Below are positions 61,093 to 62,868 of a DNA stretch of 62,868 nucleotides, piece by piece; positions within the stretch are counted from its first letter, which is position 1; each line of letters starts with the position of its first letter. A model generated the notes under the pieces. It saw only the letters and a list, made by a program, of their open reading frames with translations, ran no database searches and was not told the origin of the DNA. The position numbers were made by a program, and so were the translations under genes. This DNA comes from an uncultured Bacillales bacterium (GTDB taxonomy: Bacteria; Bacillota_I; Bacilli_A; RF39; UBA660), in contig CAMOSQ010000005.1 of NCBI GenBank assembly GCA_946624985.1, positions 1 through 62,868 on the forward strand. The letters are read 5' to 3'.

Positions 61093-61199
61093 CACTCATT
61101 CAGACGAATAAGTGTCGATTCTAACTAATGATTAGAAGGACATTCAACTCGCAAAAACTAAATGTTCTTCTTTTTTTATTTTATGAAGATTTCTTCACT
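61083..61199 (-). ncRNA. Putative cis-antisense antitoxin RNA (~115 nt)
   Basis: Minus-strand TTGATT(61234-61229)-17-TAAAAT(61211-61206) with TG; hairpin 61091-61116 followed by a U-tract on the minus strand. Confidence 0.65.
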
Positions 61200-61247
61200 A
61201 AATACATTTTAACATATAATTTAAAATAAATCAATTATTTTTTTATT

Positions 61248-62141
61248 CTAATAATGTGTTATTCTTTTTTGCCATGTTGCAACTGGTGTTTCTTTAATTG
61301 GGTATGTTTCTGTTATATTTCCTTTTGTATCAACATCTATTTTTCCTATTACTTCTCCAGGTCTTCTGAATTTTTCTTTAAATGTGCCATATTCCTGATT
61401 TAGTGCTTTATAGAGTTCATTTACATAAGCGTTAATCTTTTTATCCTCTTCTGGTATTGAATTTATTACGCCTCTAGGATTACTAAAACCACGTGGTTGT
61501 ACTAGTCTATCTTCGTTGCATCTACAGGCCCAATCATTTAGAATATGTATAATATGTGCTAATTTCATATTATAATGATAGTCTATTACTGGATCGAAAT
61601 TTACTTTTGGTTTTTCCTGACTTAACTTGTAAAGTTCTGCTATCATTTTATCTATTTCCATTTGTCTTATTTTTTTAGATCTGCTTGTTGTTCCAGTTAG
61701 TGTTATTATTGTTTTATTCTCTGGTTTTGATATTTCTAATATTTGAATTTTGTCTGAGTCACCTCGTGGGATATTTGGTTCACCTGGAACAAATCTATCA
61801 TGCCATACTGGATATCCATATCCGTCACCATTATATCCTCCTCCAGGGAAAGTTAATGTTCCATCGTAATTTTCCAAAAATCTTCTAATATTTCCATAAA
61901 TGTTGAAGTTAATGATTTCTTGAACAAAATAGTTTTTATTTATACTTTTAAGAGTTTCTTCATTATAAGTATTATCTTTTTGAATATCTATTTCTAACAT
62001 TAAAAGCGCTGTTAACCATTCTTTGAATTCTTTACTATTATGTATTCCGTGATATTTTTTTATTTTTTCAATCAAGAAGAATATCATTTCTTCATATTTT
62101 GGATTAATAATTCTTTTTTGTTCTGGTGTTAAAGTTTCCAT
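61248..62141 (-). CDS. Hypothetical protein
   Basis: 297-aa ORF with AAAGGAG RBS; Gly/Pro/Tyr-rich central motif. Confidence 0.75.
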   Translation of the reverse strand: METLTPEQKRIINPKYEEMIFFLIEKIKKYHGIHNSKEFKEWLTALLMLEIDIQKDNTYNEETLKSINKNYFVQEIINFNIYGNIRRFLENYDGTLTFPGGGYNGDGYGYPVWHDRFVPGEPNIPRGDSDKIQILEISKPENKTIITLTGTTSRSKKIRQMEIDKMIAELYKLSQEKPKVNFDPVIDYHYNMKLAHIIHILNDWACRCNEDRLVQPRGFSNPRGVINSIPEEDKKINAYVNELYKALNQEYGTFKEKFRRPGEVIGKIDVDTKGNITETYPIKETPVATWQKRITHY

Positions 62142-62201
62142 ATTTTATCTCCTTTCTTTGTTATATTTTATAATTTTATGATTTATATTGTCAATATTTT
62201 T

Positions 62202-62868
62202 TTATTCTTTTGTAACGCTTAGGAATTTTTCTAGCTTTTCATCTGAATAGTTTGTTATTTTACCTGTTGGTAGTATTAATAATCTATCTATATTTATTTG
62301 TTTTATGAAGTCTATATTATGGCTTACTACTATTATTGTTCCTTCATAGTTTTTGAAGTTTTCTCCTATTATTTTTTGTGTTTCTGGATCTAGGTGGTTT
62401 GTTGGTTCGTCTAGTATTAATAGGTTTGCTTTTTCTAGTAGTATTTTACATAGTGATAGTCGTGCTTTTTCTCCAGGTGATAAGACATTTGCTTTTTTAA
62501 ATACATCGTCTCCATAGAATAAAAATCTTCCTAGTATTGTTCTTAGTTCTTTTTCTGAATATTCTCTTTTATCTACATTTTCTAATACAGTTTTATTTAG
62601 ATCTAATAGTTCTAATTCCTGAGCATAGTAAGCTATATCTGTTTTGTTTCCATACCAAATATTTCCTTTTGTTGGTTTTAATTTTCCTAGTATTAGTTTT
62701 AAAAGTGTTGATTTTCCTACACCATTTACTCCTACTATTAAGAATCTTTCTCTATTTGTGATTTGTATTGATAAATCTTTATATAGTGGAACTTTCCCTT
62801 CATAGTTAAATGATATATCATTTATTTTTATTGGTATTTTTGATCCTTCTCTATTTGGTTTTATATTT
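62202..62868 (-). CDS. ABC-F family ATP-binding protein, 3' part (start outside the window)
   Basis: GVNGVGKSTLLK, LSPGEKARL, LILDEPTNHLD; TAA at 62202-62204. Confidence 0.9.
   Translation of the reverse strand, partial: NIKPNREGSKIPIKINDISFNYEGKVPLYKDLSIQITNRERFLIVGVNGVGKSTLLKLILGKLKPTKGNIWYGNKTDIAYYAQELELLDLNKTVLENVDKREYSEKELRTILGRFLFYGDDVFKKANVLSPGEKARLSLCKILLEKANLLILDEPTNHLDPETQKIIGENFKNYEGTIIVVSHNIDFIKQINIDRLLILPTGKITNYSDEKLEKFLSVTKE

Noticed and set aside
12797-62761. Many antisense ORFs in the track (e.g. 12797..13168, 16103..16507, 22425..23024, 34383..34841, 42963..43376, 58915..59217, 62537..62761)
   Set aside because: Shadow frames opposite well-supported genes, with Phe/Leu/Ile/Ser-biased composition and no RBS

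Overview
Very AT-rich chromosomal window, genetic code 11, from a walled, probably spore-forming low-GC Bacillota. murC, a VanY-type carboxypeptidase, a PASTA kinase, yfhO, cse60 and yqfC/yqfD are present; the gene content suggests an uncultured RF39/RFN20-like gut lineage (inference). Bases 1-6447 are one end of a prophage (replication, Cro/CI switch, ImmA, PemK-like gene, tyrosine integrase) integrated at the 3' end of an elongator tRNA-Met. The rest is mostly minus-strand housekeeping DNA: murC, def, a two-component system, ABC exporters, the rlmN-stp1-pknB-rsgA-rpe cluster, glyQS, yqfC-yqfD-ybeY-dgkA-cdd-era-recO, pheST and PFOR. An accessory island at ~26.7-31.1 kb holds type IV prepilin-like genes and Rpn-family remnants. 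Highlights: (1) both T-box leaders have a non-canonical terminator formed by extending the antiterminator helix at the expense of Stem III, and the glyQS T-box is ultra-minimal; (2) a pilin gene ends in a DGR-like variable region plus hairpin, with no RT or template in the window; (3) an unannotated, complete type I toxin-antitoxin locus; (4) two similar phage genes share one quasi-palindromic 3' end on opposite strands; (5) several apparent pseudo-enzymes. All product calls come from motif recognition by eye, not database searches.
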